Source of the DNA: Candidatus Kapaibacterium sp.
GTDB taxonomy: Bacteria; Bacteroidota; Ignavibacteria; Kapaibacteriales; UBA2268
DNA length: 64,000 nt
Direction of reading: 5' to 3'
NCBI GenBank assembly: GCA_963665665.1
Contig: OY762428.1
Location: forward strand, 3,328,001-3,392,000
This document shows positions 21,794 to 32,232 of the stretch, piece after piece. The notes beneath the pieces were generated by a model, which worked only from the letters and a program-made list of their open reading frames with translations, was not told the DNA's origin and made no database searches. Position numbers and translations under genes: made by a program. Position 1 is the first letter of the stretch. Each line of letters starts with the position of its first letter.

Positions 21794-22369
21794 TTACCTG
21801 TCAATTAGTATATATTTTGTTTTAGATCGGTGAAATTTATTTTTTTCATCACCAATAAATAAATCAATTTCAAATTTACTGTCGCTTACCAGTGAAAATA
21901 CTATACTGAAACTGTTCATTGATTTATCTATCATGTTCTGGAACTGGCCATTGAAGGTTATTGTTCTGGCTTTTCGGTCCAGCTTACCGTATGAAATAAG
22001 CTGATTAGTACTGACGTTGTCTATTGAATATAAGGAATACATTTTCCTGATATTGTCATACCCTATTATATATTTGTAAATCAGGGGATAAGAATCCATT
22101 TCTATTGCTGTTTCAAATTCAATATACCTGCCATCCATCAAAATTTTATTAATCGATTCACCTTTTCCATATTGAGGGGCTCCCTGATCAGCAAAAAGTG
22201 ATATCAGTACCCTGTATTTACCGACAAAATTCAGCAGTATGTTGTGTTCGGGGGCCGGCTGGGTGGATTTGATCTTTTCGATTTCCTGATTTAAGTTGTT
22301 TTGGGAAAATGATATACCGGATGCAATGATAAATAGTATTGCAGGAATAAATATCTTTTTAAAAAACAT
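21794..22369 (-). CDS. DUF1579-like exported protein
   Basis: Signal peptide; PAPEH..L..FVG, ILMDGRYI, GYDN motifs. Confidence 0.65.
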   Translation of the reverse strand: MFFKKIFIPAILFIIASGISFSQNNLNQEIEKIKSTQPAPEHNILLNFVGKYRVLISLFADQGAPQYGKGESINKILMDGRYIEFETAIEMDSYPLIYKYIIGYDNIRKMYSLYSIDNVSTNQLISYGKLDRKARTITFNGQFQNMIDKSMNSFSIVFSLVSDSKFEIDLFIGDEKNKFHRSKTKYILIDR

Positions 22370-22423
22370 AGTAACTCCGAAATTAAATTATTTTTTATTG
22401 TTAACGAAATAGTAATCACAATA

Positions 22424-23770
22424 TTAAAGCAATATTTCATCAAGTATGATACTTGCGCATTGATCCTTTGAAGCACGGGGAAAATTCTTCAGGGAATTGT
22501 CCTTTTTCAGAATTGTAATAGTGTTGTCATCGCCTCCGAATCCGCTACCTTCCTTATTAGCTGAATTAACAATGATCATATCGCAATTTTTTGATATCAG
22601 TTTCTTCCGGCCGTTTTCAACTTCGTCAGCTGATTCAAGAGCAAAACCTACAAGGAATTGTTCGTCTTTTTTCATTGAGCCGAGAGTTTTAAGGATGTCT
22701 TTCGTTTGCTTTAATTCAATTACCATTTTATCACCGGATTCTTCTTTCTTGATCTTGCCTTTTTGGGGATTAACCGGGGTATAATCGGCAACCGCGGCTG
22801 AAAGTATGGCAATATCGCTGTCTGGGAACAAAGAAGTAGCAGCATTATACATTTCTTCGGCAGATCGTACGCTGATTATGTTTACTCCTTCCGGGACGGT
22901 AATGTTTACCGGGCCGGAAACAAGGCTTACATCCATTCCCGCTTCACTGGCAGCTTTTGCTATTGCATAGCCCATCTTTCCGGAAGAATGGTTTGAGATA
23001 AACCTGACGTCGTCAATTCTTTCGATTGTTGGCCCTGCTGTGATAAGTATTTTTTTTCCTTTGAGTTTTGAAATGACCCCAAGATTTTTTTTCATTAGCT
23101 CAAGTTCATAATCAGCATTCCATTTATCTTTTTCAACGGCATCCTGCAATGTTTGATCCGGTTTTGCCAGAATTTCTTCAAAGTTTCCTTCTTTCCGTTT
23201 CCCTACTTTTTTCCGGAATACCTTTTTCAGATAATTTGTTATTGTTTCTAATTCAGGCAGACGTCCCTTTCCGCTAATGCCGCTGGAGAGCTCTCCCTCT
23301 TCGGGAGGAATAATTATTGCTCCATATTTTTTTAAAAGGCGAATGTTCCTTTGGGTAGAGGGATGCTGCCACATTGTTGAATCCATTGCAGGGGATATTA
23401 CAAGTGGCGAGTCCTGCGGGAGTGCTGTTGCAACGGTTGTCAGTGCCGTATCGCAAAGGCCGCTGGCCAGCCTGGATAAAGTTGTTGCCGAACATGGGGC
23501 AATCAGCATCAGGTCTGCCCAATGTGCAAGCTGTATATGCCAGGCTCCGTCACCCTGAAGAGATGGGTCGAACATATCAATAATTACAGGATTCCGGCTG
23601 GTATTGGACAGGGCTGCCGGTGCTACAAATTCTTTTGCCGACGGAGTCATGACAACGCTGACATGGGCATCGGATTTTATCAATTCTCTGACAATAAACG
23701 GAGCTTTATAAGCTGATATGGATCCGCTTACTCCAAGAATGATTTTTTTATTTTTCAGTATATTATCCAT
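22424..23770 (-). CDS. coaBC: Bifunctional phosphopantothenoylcysteine decarboxylase/synthetase
   Basis: GVSGSISAYKA, HIQLAHWAD, ITAGPT.E.ID.VRFISNHSSGKMG, AAVADY, VGFALE. Confidence 0.95.
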   Translation of the reverse strand: MDNILKNKKIILGVSGSISAYKAPFIVRELIKSDAHVSVVMTPSAKEFVAPAALSNTSRNPVIIDMFDPSLQGDGAWHIQLAHWADLMLIAPCSATTLSRLASGLCDTALTTVATALPQDSPLVISPAMDSTMWQHPSTQRNIRLLKKYGAIIIPPEEGELSSGISGKGRLPELETITNYLKKVFRKKVGKRKEGNFEEILAKPDQTLQDAVEKDKWNADYELELMKKNLGVISKLKGKKILITAGPTIERIDDVRFISNHSSGKMGYAIAKAASEAGMDVSLVSGPVNITVPEGVNIISVRSAEEMYNAATSLFPDSDIAILSAAVADYTPVNPQKGKIKKEESGDKMVIELKQTKDILKTLGSMKKDEQFLVGFALESADEVENGRKKLISKNCDMIIVNSANKEGSGFGGDDNTITILKKDNSLKNFPRASKDQCASIILDEILL

Positions 23771-23905
23771 AATATTTCCGTTTTCAAAATTTTAGTATCA
23801 ACAAATATACATAATTGAGACGAAATTATTTTTGTTTTCAAGACGTTAAAAAAGCCTGCGAAATGTAATTACGCAAGCTTTATTCAAAACATTATTCAGA
23901 ATTTT

Positions 23906-26146
23906 TCAATTGTTTCTTTCGTCAAGAACTTTTTTAATGCTCTCGGTGATTTTAGCAAGGTCAGAGGAAATATCCGAGTTTCTGTTGGTTATATTCCTGA
24001 TAACTTTGAAAGATGTGATAATGCTGTTTATTGCCTTGATCTGACTACTAACTGATGATTTAGCGTCTTTTGATAACATTGAAAGTGTTTTTGTATTGTC
24101 AAATACCATCTTGGCTTCGCTGCTTTGCTGTGTGGCAGCTTCCGAGATATTGCTGATCTTGGAATAAATATCCTTAATGCTGTCAGAAATTGTACTCATG
24201 CTTTCATTTACATTTTTTGCAAGTGAATTGCCCTGATTTGATAGATTTACACCCTTTTTAGTTTCGTCCACGGCCTCGCTTACATTCTTTCTTATATCTT
24301 CAACAAGTAAATCAATTTCTTTTGTCATTGAAGCTGTTTTTTCAGAGAGTAGTTTTACTTCATTTGCAACGATAGCAAATCCTTTGCCGTGATTGCCAGC
24401 TCTTGCTGCTTCGACCGATGCATTTAATGCCAGCAGGTTGGATTGCATAGAAATATCACTTATTGATTTTGTCATGGATGCGATTTTATCAACTAAATCT
24501 GAAATTGAATTGATCTCAATATTAATATCATGGATGCTTTTTGTTAAATCGTGGACCATTTTTACTATTTCATTGACGTCCTTTATTCCCTGCTCGGTTT
24601 TCGAAACATTTTCCATTGTAGAATCAGCTGCGCTAACTGAATTCTGAGATACAAGTTCAATACCCTTTGTAAATTCTCCGATGGAGGTTGCTGCATTATC
24701 GATATTAAGGTTCTGATTATCAATAATATTTCTAATATTTTTTACGGTTTCAATATAATCTCTGATTGACGTTTCCATTATTTCAACATTACTCTGCTGG
24801 TTTTGTACTGTATCCAGAAGTTGCGTGAATGTATTGCTCAACTGTTTCTGAACCAGGTCGGAAATTTCGGTTATTTCTTCAATATTGAAATGATGGCAAT
24901 TCTGAGGCTTGTTCAAACCATTAAAAATTGCTATAGCCATATCCTTGCAACTATTATATCCACATGCCGAACAATTATAAATATCATCTTCAGAGAATTT
25001 CTTCATACTTTTAAAGACTTCATCGAGCTGACTTTCATTGGGGATCTTTAAATAATTATTTTCCTGCAGATTTTTATAAGTCCTGCCATATAGGTTGTTT
25101 TTCCAGTATTTGTCAATATTTGATCCTATAGTTTCTTCTGTATCGGAATAATAATCGATTTTCGACCTTTTTCTTTTTTCAATCAGGTTTTCAATTTTGT
25201 CAATAGGTAAATCTTTAGTTAATGTACCCGTCCCACCGTTGCAACCGGCTTCACAATTAAGGCAGTCAACAATCAATGGGGCAACACCTTCCTGAATTGA
25301 TTGCATCAATGAACTTAGATAATGATAAATTGTTGGTACTCCTTCAATTTTTCTTGTCAGCTCAAAAATGTCCGGTACTTCTCTTGCTGCTGTTCTCATA
25401 AGCCCTCCAGGTGATGAGAACAGTGTTGCTCTTTCAGCAGAAGGGCCGTAGAAATCCAACTCGGGGTAAGACAATAAATTGATATTATTTTTATTTAGAT
25501 ATTTATCTATTGACTGGTATGTAATATTGTAATCACCAATACCTGTTTCATCGAATTCCCTTCTTTTGGCGTAGCAGGGTGAAATCACAACTATTTTGTG
25601 GTTTCTATATTCCGGAAAATATTCTTTTATCATTTTAGCACTGTGAAGCATCGGGCTGTCCGCAGGGGCAAGATAAGGGAGAAGTTCCGGCTGATAAATT
25701 TCGATATAAGTAACAATAGCCGGGCAAGGCTGGGCGATAACTGTTTTCAGATCGTTTTGCTTTATTGCTTCAAGATAGGATTTTATTGTTAATTCAGCTC
25801 CGAAACTAACATCAAAAAGAGCATCGATACCCAATGATCTGAACCAACCGTTCAAATTCAGATATTTATCGGGGAAATTGGCTGCAATTGCCGGAGCTAC
25901 TATTCCTACCATTTTTTCTTTTCTGCTTACGGCACTAAGGAATTTATCAAAATCATCAACTCCATACCTGGCATTATGTGTACAGGCATCTATGCAATTG
26001 CCGCATCCAATACACAGATCCGGATTTAAAGTAACAAAATTTCCACTGCCGTCATTACAGAATTTTACCGGGCATGCGCTAATGCACTGATGGCAATTAA
26101 CACACTTGTCCTCGTCCACCATTATTACCTGAGATAGCTTTGCCAT
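23906..26146 (-). CDS. Sensory [FeFe]-hydrogenase-like protein fused to a methyl-accepting chemotaxis domain (group C2-like)
   Basis: Two CxxCxxCxxxC; H-cluster-like AQPCPA / SPCYAKRRE / [11 protein letters not shown]; CSACGYNSC; [25 protein letters not shown]. Confidence 0.85.
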   Translation of the reverse strand: MAKLSQVIMVDEDKCVNCHQCISACPVKFCNDGSGNFVTLNPDLCIGCGNCIDACTHNARYGVDDFDKFLSAVSRKEKMVGIVAPAIAANFPDKYLNLNGWFRSLGIDALFDVSFGAELTIKSYLEAIKQNDLKTVIAQPCPAIVTYIEIYQPELLPYLAPADSPMLHSAKMIKEYFPEYRNHKIVVISPCYAKRREFDETGIGDYNITYQSIDKYLNKNNINLLSYPELDFYGPSAERATLFSSPGGLMRTAAREVPDIFELTRKIEGVPTIYHYLSSLMQSIQEGVAPLIVDCLNCEAGCNGGTGTLTKDLPIDKIENLIEKRKRSKIDYYSDTEETIGSNIDKYWKNNLYGRTYKNLQENNYLKIPNESQLDEVFKSMKKFSEDDIYNCSACGYNSCKDMAIAIFNGLNKPQNCHHFNIEEITEISDLVQKQLSNTFTQLLDTVQNQQSNVEIMETSIRDYIETVKNIRNIIDNQNLNIDNAATSIGEFTKGIELVSQNSVSAADSTMENVSKTEQGIKDVNEIVKMVHDLTKSIHDINIEINSISDLVDKIASMTKSISDISMQSNLLALNASVEAARAGNHGKGFAIVANEVKLLSEKTASMTKEIDLLVEDIRKNVSEAVDETKKGVNLSNQGNSLAKNVNESMSTISDSIKDIYSKISNISEAATQQSSEAKMVFDNTKTLSMLSKDAKSSVSSQIKAINSIITSFKVIRNITNRNSDISSDLAKITESIKKVLDERNN

Positions 26147-26422
26147 AAAAATAACCCAAAATAGTGAAATACATAAATGTTGTTAACTAAATATGCAAAT
26201 ATTTTGAATATCGAAAAAATAAAAATAATTCATATTGCCATAATAATTTAGTTTCAGCAATTATTTATTTCGGGTTCACAACAGTAGTGATAATTTCTTT
26301 CGATAAATATAAATGGGCAACATGAAATATATTATTATCTGTCGGTATAATAATTTTTCCTTGATTAAATCAACAAAAATTTTTAAACTGCATAGTCATT
26401 CCGAAAATTAAAGGGAATTGTT

Positions 26423-28135
26423 ATGTCAGAAAAGAAAAGATCACAACTTATCACGCACGAAGATTATTGGGCTATCTGGATTGGAGCCGCACTTATAATA
26501 ATCGGTATGCTGCTGTACATTCCCGGGCCGCCGGATGAAACTGCTGATTTCGACAAGCTTAATGAAAAAATGGCTAAGGAAGCATCCATAGCAGGTGACA
26601 GCCTGAAAACAATCGGCTGGTATGAAATACTATTCGAAAAAGAGGCAATCAAAGGCAGTTCGGAGCCTGTTGGAAAATTCCTTAAAAATTTATTATCAAA
26701 GCCGCATAAATGGAATAGCAACCCGATACATTCGTTTGTTATGTCTGATGATGCTGCCGATGAGAAAGCAGCATCACTTTCTGCCAGGCTTATTAAAGCC
26801 CGGGATTTGGAATTTCTCACTAAAAGCAAAGCTCTAAAATCACAGGAAGCTGCCATGAATGCAGGTTTCAGGGATTATGATCTTAACCGACAGGTGAGAA
26901 ATGACATTGACCGATGGATAATGGCCCGGGAAGAATTAAAAACAGTGGAAAAGAAAATACCTAAACGAGGGTATAATCAAATAATTTATTTGTTTTTCCT
27001 TGCGATAATTCTTGCAGGATTATTTGGTATCGGCATGATGGCCATGCAACATAATTTTATTAAGTTTTTTGCAGGTTTTTTCTTTATTTTTCTTATTGCC
27101 ACGATAGCTTATTTTATTGCTGCAAATCAAACAATGAGTGAATTAGGCCTGGGGTATGCAATTTGGGCAATATTACTGGGTTTGATAATCAGCAATACTG
27201 TTGGTACACCGAAATTGGTGAAATCTGCTGTACAAACGGAATATTTTATTAAAACCGGCCTGGTTCTTCTCGGTGCGGAAGTATTGTTCGAGAAAATCCT
27301 TCAAATAGGTCTGCCGGGGCTTTTAGTTGCATGGGTGGTTACACCGGTAGTTATTATTAGTTCTTTCACATTTGGCAGAAGGGTGCTGAAAGGAATATCG
27401 AATGAATTGAACATTACAATGAGTTCGGCAGTGTCTGTCTGTGGTGTTTCTGCGGCAATAGCAACTGCTGCCGCGTGCAAGGCGAAGAAAGAGGAGCTGA
27501 CCCTGGCTGTTGGCTTGTCTCTTATATTTACTGCCATTATGATGGTACTTATGCCTGCATTTATCAAGCTGACAAATATGGGTGAAATCCTTGGCGGCGC
27601 ATGGATGGGCGGGGTTATAGATTCTACCGGGGCGGTTGCGGCTGCGGGGGCATTTCTTGGGCCCAAAGCGCTTTATGTTGCTGCAACAATTAAAATGATA
27701 CAGAACATCCTGATTGGGCTGGTTGCGTTTGTTGTGGCTATATACTGGGCTGTAAAAATTGAAAACAAAGATTCCGGAACAAATACAAGCGCCATGGAAA
27801 TCTGGTACAGATTCCCAAAATTTGTTATCGGGTTTGCCGCTGCCAGTATTGTTGCATCAATAGTTTCTGCTTCGCTCGGATCGGATATGGCTTATACTGT
27901 TTTTGATAACGGGGTGATACGCGGATTTACAAAGGGCCTCAGGGGCTGGATGTTCTGCCTGGCGTTTACGAGTATAGGGCTTTCAACTAACTTCAGGGAA
28001 TTAAAAGAACATTTTAAGGGAGGCAAACCTTTCTGGCTTTATATTTTCGGCCAGACCTTCAACCTGCTGCTTACACTGCTGATAGCCTGGCTGGCATTTT
28101 ATATATTATTTCCCGGAATTACTAAACTGATTTAG
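26423..28135 (+). CDS. YeiH/putative sulfate exporter family transporter
   Basis: EYFIKTGLVLLGAE, SVCGVSAAIA, GAWMGGVIDSTGAV, WYRFPKFV. Confidence 0.85.
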   Translation: MSEKKRSQLITHEDYWAIWIGAALIIIGMLLYIPGPPDETADFDKLNEKMAKEASIAGDSLKTIGWYEILFEKEAIKGSSEPVGKFLKNLLSKPHKWNSNPIHSFVMSDDAADEKAASLSARLIKARDLEFLTKSKALKSQEAAMNAGFRDYDLNRQVRNDIDRWIMAREELKTVEKKIPKRGYNQIIYLFFLAIILAGLFGIGMMAMQHNFIKFFAGFFFIFLIATIAYFIAANQTMSELGLGYAIWAILLGLIISNTVGTPKLVKSAVQTEYFIKTGLVLLGAEVLFEKILQIGLPGLLVAWVVTPVVIISSFTFGRRVLKGISNELNITMSSAVSVCGVSAAIATAAACKAKKEELTLAVGLSLIFTAIMMVLMPAFIKLTNMGEILGGAWMGGVIDSTGAVAAAGAFLGPKALYVAATIKMIQNILIGLVAFVVAIYWAVKIENKDSGTNTSAMEIWYRFPKFVIGFAAASIVASIVSASLGSDMAYTVFDNGVIRGFTKGLRGWMFCLAFTSIGLSTNFRELKEHFKGGKPFWLYIFGQTFNLLLTLLIAWLAFYILFPGITKLI

Positions 28136-28152
28136 ATGAACAGGTGTTTATT

Positions 28153-28365
28153 ATGAGAAAATGGTTCAAACTTTTCGCGGCTATTGGCCTGATTGCAATA
28201 TTTATTGTTTACATAGCCCCGTTGATATCAACAATTCCCGGTATGAAGGAAATGACTGAGTCCAACAGGAAAAATGGAATCGATGCAAAAACTCTTTTTT
28301 ATACCGAAACTGAACAGTTCAACAGTACAAGTAATTACATGACAAATATTAACAGGGAAAATTGA
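28153..28365 (+). CDS. Small membrane protein, probably co-transcribed with the transporter
   Basis: One TM helix then GIDAKTLFYTE; starts shortly after the YeiH stop. Confidence 0.6.
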   Translation: MRKWFKLFAAIGLIAIFIVYIAPLISTIPGMKEMTESNRKNGIDAKTLFYTETEQFNSTSNYMTNINREN

Positions 28366-28448
28366 TTAGAAAATGTGCTAAAGAATTGTTTATAGGAAAA
28401 GATCGGGAAAGAACGCTTCAAAACGGGATGGGATTTTGAAGCGTTTCT

Positions 28449-28811
28449 TTAATTTTGGTTTTCACTTCCTGATTTCTCGTCTTTGTTTTGTAAAACTTTA
28501 AGGTTTTCGTCTGTTGCAGGGAGCTTGCTTATTTCATCGTCTAATTTTGGAATATCCGAATCATTTACTGTTTTTTTGTCATACAGTTTGACTACTGGCA
28601 GTTTGGCTGGAACAGATTTGTTTTTTGTAGCAGCCCTTTCAGTTGGAACAACTGTGTTAAAAATCCCTTCATTTGGCAATAGCTGCTTCTGATCCTTACC
28701 CTTAACCATTTCAACATTACTGTATGTATCATCCGTACCAACTGGCATATCCGAACAGGATACCATAGCAAAAAATGCAAACGCTGCGCAAAGTCCGATA
28801 AGCTTCTTCAT
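28449..28811 (-). CDS. Hypothetical lipoprotein
   Basis: GGAGG SD; MKK...VSC lipobox. Confidence 0.7.
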   Translation of the reverse strand: MKKLIGLCAAFAFFAMVSCSDMPVGTDDTYSNVEMVKGKDQKQLLPNEGIFNTVVPTERAATKNKSVPAKLPVVKLYDKKTVNDSDIPKLDDEISKLPATDENLKVLQNKDEKSGSENQN

Positions 28812-29039
28812 AAATCCTCCGTTTGTAAAATATATAGTAAAAAATAATTATCAAAAAATATTTAAAATCAATTAATCCTTATCAGGATTCTGAGTTTTGT
28901 GGATGGGTTTAATATTTAGTACGCTGTCATTTTTACTATGTTTCAAAAAAAATAAAAAAAATTGAGATAAATTGGACTTGAGCTTTATATCATAATAGTT
29001 AACTTTGTAGTTAGTAAATTTTATTAACGGGAATAACAG

Positions 29040-30314
29040 ATGTACAGAACTATTATATTGATTTTAAGTTTATTTGCAGTAATTTCCTGCCGTTCGGTTA
29101 ATCCGGAAAAAGCAGTTGTTGATTATCATTCAGCTATGGATATTTTAAAAAAAGGCGATCTTGATTCAGCCTTCATGCTTCTGAATCAGGCAATTGAAGC
29201 TGATCCGGAAATGCATAAAGCATACTATAGCCGTGCTGCAATATTCAATACTTATAAAGGCCAGAAACAAAATGCAATAAACGATCTTGTTGAAACAGTT
29301 CGCCTTAAACCTGATTTTGCCCCGGCTTATCATCTGCTGGGAAGAATTTATATTGATACTGCTGATTATATTAATGCTGCGGAATCCTTTACAAAAGCTA
29401 TTGCTATTGAACCTGATATTAAGGAACACTATTATTTTCGCGGTAAGGCAAACCTGGAAATAAAAAAATTTAACGAGGCTCTGGATGACTTTGAAAAAGC
29501 AATATCAATTGATCCACATTTTGCTCCTGCACTTCTCGAAGCAGGCCACAGCTATCTGAAGATCGGCAAGCCATTTGATGCCATTAAAGCTCTTGACAGC
29601 GCAGAGTTCTACGGAGCATCCAAAATTGACCGTACTTATGAATATAGGGGATTGAGCTATTACTTTGTTAATAATTATGAAGCGGCCCTTAAAGATTTTT
29701 CAAATGCATGCAAGCTGAACCCGAATAACACTACTGCTTTGTTCAACAGGGCAAATGTGAATTCTCTGCTTGGCAACTTAGAAGAAGCAATTGAGGATTT
29801 TACAGCTAATATTGCTTTGGAATCCGACAATGCCCTGCTTTATTTCAGCAGGGGAAACCGATACCACCTGAAGAAAAAATATTATCTTGCTATCAGTGAT
29901 TTCGAAAAAGCCCTGGAACTTAAACCGGGCTATGAAGAAGCATATCTAAATATGGCATACAGCCAGTTTGCTATCGGAAATATTACGCTTACAGAAAAGT
30001 ATCTTGATAGTGCTATTATAACAAATCCGGGCTATAATGAAGCTTTGGAAATGAAAGGTATGCTGCTGAGGGAAACAAACAGGCCTAACGAGAGTTTTAA
30101 GCTGCTCGAAAAATCTATTGAACGCGATCCTGATTATCCATTGTTTTATTTCGAGTTAGCTCTTACATGGGACAGCATTCTCCTTCATGATAAGGCAATT
30201 GACAGCATGGAAACTTTCCTGGAAAAATCAGCAAAAATGGCCAGGCTCAGAGGTAAATATAAAGAAGGAAAGAGACTTATTGAGTTATGGAAGAAAAAAT
30301 ACAAAGCGGAATAA
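29040..30314 (+). CDS. Tetratricopeptide-repeat lipoprotein
   Basis: Lipobox ISC; repeated A..DF.KAI...P TPR units. Confidence 0.9.
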   Translation: MYRTIILILSLFAVISCRSVNPEKAVVDYHSAMDILKKGDLDSAFMLLNQAIEADPEMHKAYYSRAAIFNTYKGQKQNAINDLVETVRLKPDFAPAYHLLGRIYIDTADYINAAESFTKAIAIEPDIKEHYYFRGKANLEIKKFNEALDDFEKAISIDPHFAPALLEAGHSYLKIGKPFDAIKALDSAEFYGASKIDRTYEYRGLSYYFVNNYEAALKDFSNACKLNPNNTTALFNRANVNSLLGNLEEAIEDFTANIALESDNALLYFSRGNRYHLKKKYYLAISDFEKALELKPGYEEAYLNMAYSQFAIGNITLTEKYLDSAIITNPGYNEALEMKGMLLRETNRPNESFKLLEKSIERDPDYPLFYFELALTWDSILLHDKAIDSMETFLEKSAKMARLRGKYKEGKRLIELWKKKYKAE

Positions 30315-30396
30315 TAAATTAAGCTGTTAACTTTTTGGTTACAACTCAGCATAAAGGAAAAATATGTTAACTGTTATAAAAAAAATTCCAAAAAAT

Positions 30397-30487
30397 TGTC
30401 ACTCTGAACGAAGTGAAGAGTCTATTCTTCGTGATTTTATCCAAAAACATGTGGATTCTTCAGTCGCTTCGCTCCATCAGAATGACA
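30397..30487. repeat. REP/MITE-like palindrome
   Basis: TGTCACTCTGA..GAAGTGAAGAGTC...GATTCTTCAGTCGCTTCGC...TCAGAATGACA. Confidence 0.7.
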
Positions 30488-30623
30488 ATTGTGCAATGAT
30501 TCTTTTCAAACAGAATAATATCATCATAGCTGAGTAGTAACACTTTTTGTATGTTTTCCGCCTGGAAAATTTGAAAAAGCCATATGGTGGCTAAAACCAT
30601 TTATTGATATAATATTTTTATAT

Positions 30624-32069
30624 TCAGAAACTAAGCCGGGAACACCAGCTGAAAAAATTGAATTCTTCGAAAAAATTATCTGTTAGCTGCTTGTTTGAAA
30701 TTAAACTGAATTTTTTCAAACATTCATTTCTGATTTTCTCTTTTTTTATTTTACTGTTTGTATTTATAAGCCTTTTAAACATTGTAAACATTATCTTTTC
30801 AATTTCATTTATGGTTCTTTTATGTTTCAATGATTTTGTCCATGAATGAATTTCATTGTCCAATAGCTCGTAATATCCTAACTGGTAGTAGATTATGAAT
30901 GAGTATAGTTTGTAAACCGAATCTTTATATGCCTCGCCCTTTTCAGAATATCTGAATTTCAGGCATGTGAATGCCTCATCATATTTATCGCAGATAATAT
31001 AAGCACGCAGCAATAAAATGATAAGGTAATTAACATCAAACTTCATCAACTTTCCTGAATGTTCTTCAAGAAATTTACGTGCACTTTCCGCTGTTTCCAG
31101 GTTCTTTTCATAATTATTTGTTTTATAATATAGTTCAAAGCTTCTTGTAAAAACAGTTTCCGAGATATATAAATTATCGATTTCAGAATATCTGTTGTCT
31201 TTCAATTCCCGGATAATTGATTCAAATTTATTTTCATCATGATGAAGAGCAATAAAATAAAGATAATTGCTTAGATTTTGCAAAATGGTTTTATTATCGA
31301 AAAGATAAGGATAGTTTTTGATCAAAGAATTCTGTTCACTGATGATCCTGTAACATGCCTGGTAATCCTTAATTAAATAAAACCTCAGGCTATTCGCATA
31401 TAGCCAAAGGTTTTCAGCTTTAACACTCAGGAAATCACCCTTGGAATCAAGCAGGGGATTAGAAAATAATTCCGGATACTTATCGCTATTGATAACTATT
31501 GACGATTGGGAAAATTGGATTTTCTGCAAACGTACGATAATTCTTTTTAAACTATTCAATGTATTTATATTTATAATCAAGTTGTTTCTTTCTTCTTCAA
31601 GCTTTTGTATTTCATCCTTTCCGGTTATGTAACCATATTCAAAATAGAGCATTTCTTCTTTTTCAATTAAAAGCAACAGCAGGTTGAATTCTTCATATTT
31701 GTAGGCTTTTAGTTTCAGCTTCATGATTTTCTTTCCGGCAGCTGATTTCTGATTTTTCAGCATTAGGGCATTTATTTCCTGAATACCTTTTAAAATGGAC
31801 ATATAAATGTTCTTACCGTTATGGTAATCCACAAGTGAATCGATCAGCCTTTGCATCAGATACCTTTTTTCTGCTGATATATATTTTTCTATGTTTTTTG
31901 TTTCAGGATTCTTCTTCAAAATAGACTTCTTAATACAGCTGTATTTGTCAATATGCTCAAATAAACGTATATGATTGGGTTTCTTCCGGCTGCTTTTATT
32001 ATTTGCTGATTTATAATATGCCTTTTCTCTGGAGTTCAGAGACTTAATTAAATTTGTTATTGTATCCAT
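30624..32069 (-). CDS. Hypothetical low-GC alpha-helical protein
   Basis: 481-aa ORF; LIKSL...EKAYYK N-terminus; divergent from a T9SS cargo gene. Confidence 0.7.
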   Translation of the reverse strand: MDTITNLIKSLNSREKAYYKSANNKSSRKKPNHIRLFEHIDKYSCIKKSILKKNPETKNIEKYISAEKRYLMQRLIDSLVDYHNGKNIYMSILKGIQEINALMLKNQKSAAGKKIMKLKLKAYKYEEFNLLLLLIEKEEMLYFEYGYITGKDEIQKLEEERNNLIININTLNSLKRIIVRLQKIQFSQSSIVINSDKYPELFSNPLLDSKGDFLSVKAENLWLYANSLRFYLIKDYQACYRIISEQNSLIKNYPYLFDNKTILQNLSNYLYFIALHHDENKFESIIRELKDNRYSEIDNLYISETVFTRSFELYYKTNNYEKNLETAESARKFLEEHSGKLMKFDVNYLIILLLRAYIICDKYDEAFTCLKFRYSEKGEAYKDSVYKLYSFIIYYQLGYYELLDNEIHSWTKSLKHKRTINEIEKIMFTMFKRLINTNSKIKKEKIRNECLKKFSLISNKQLTDNFFEEFNFFSWCSRLSF

Positions 32070-32232
32070 TTTATCTGTTACTAAAAAGTTATTATATAAT
32101 CAATTGATAAATAGTAATATATAATAAAATTATCATTATATCCACTACTAAAATATAAAAAATAATTCCTTTTAATAAAATCAGAGCTTCAATAGATTAT
32201 GGCAGTATAAATAATTTTTAGGAGATTCAGAG

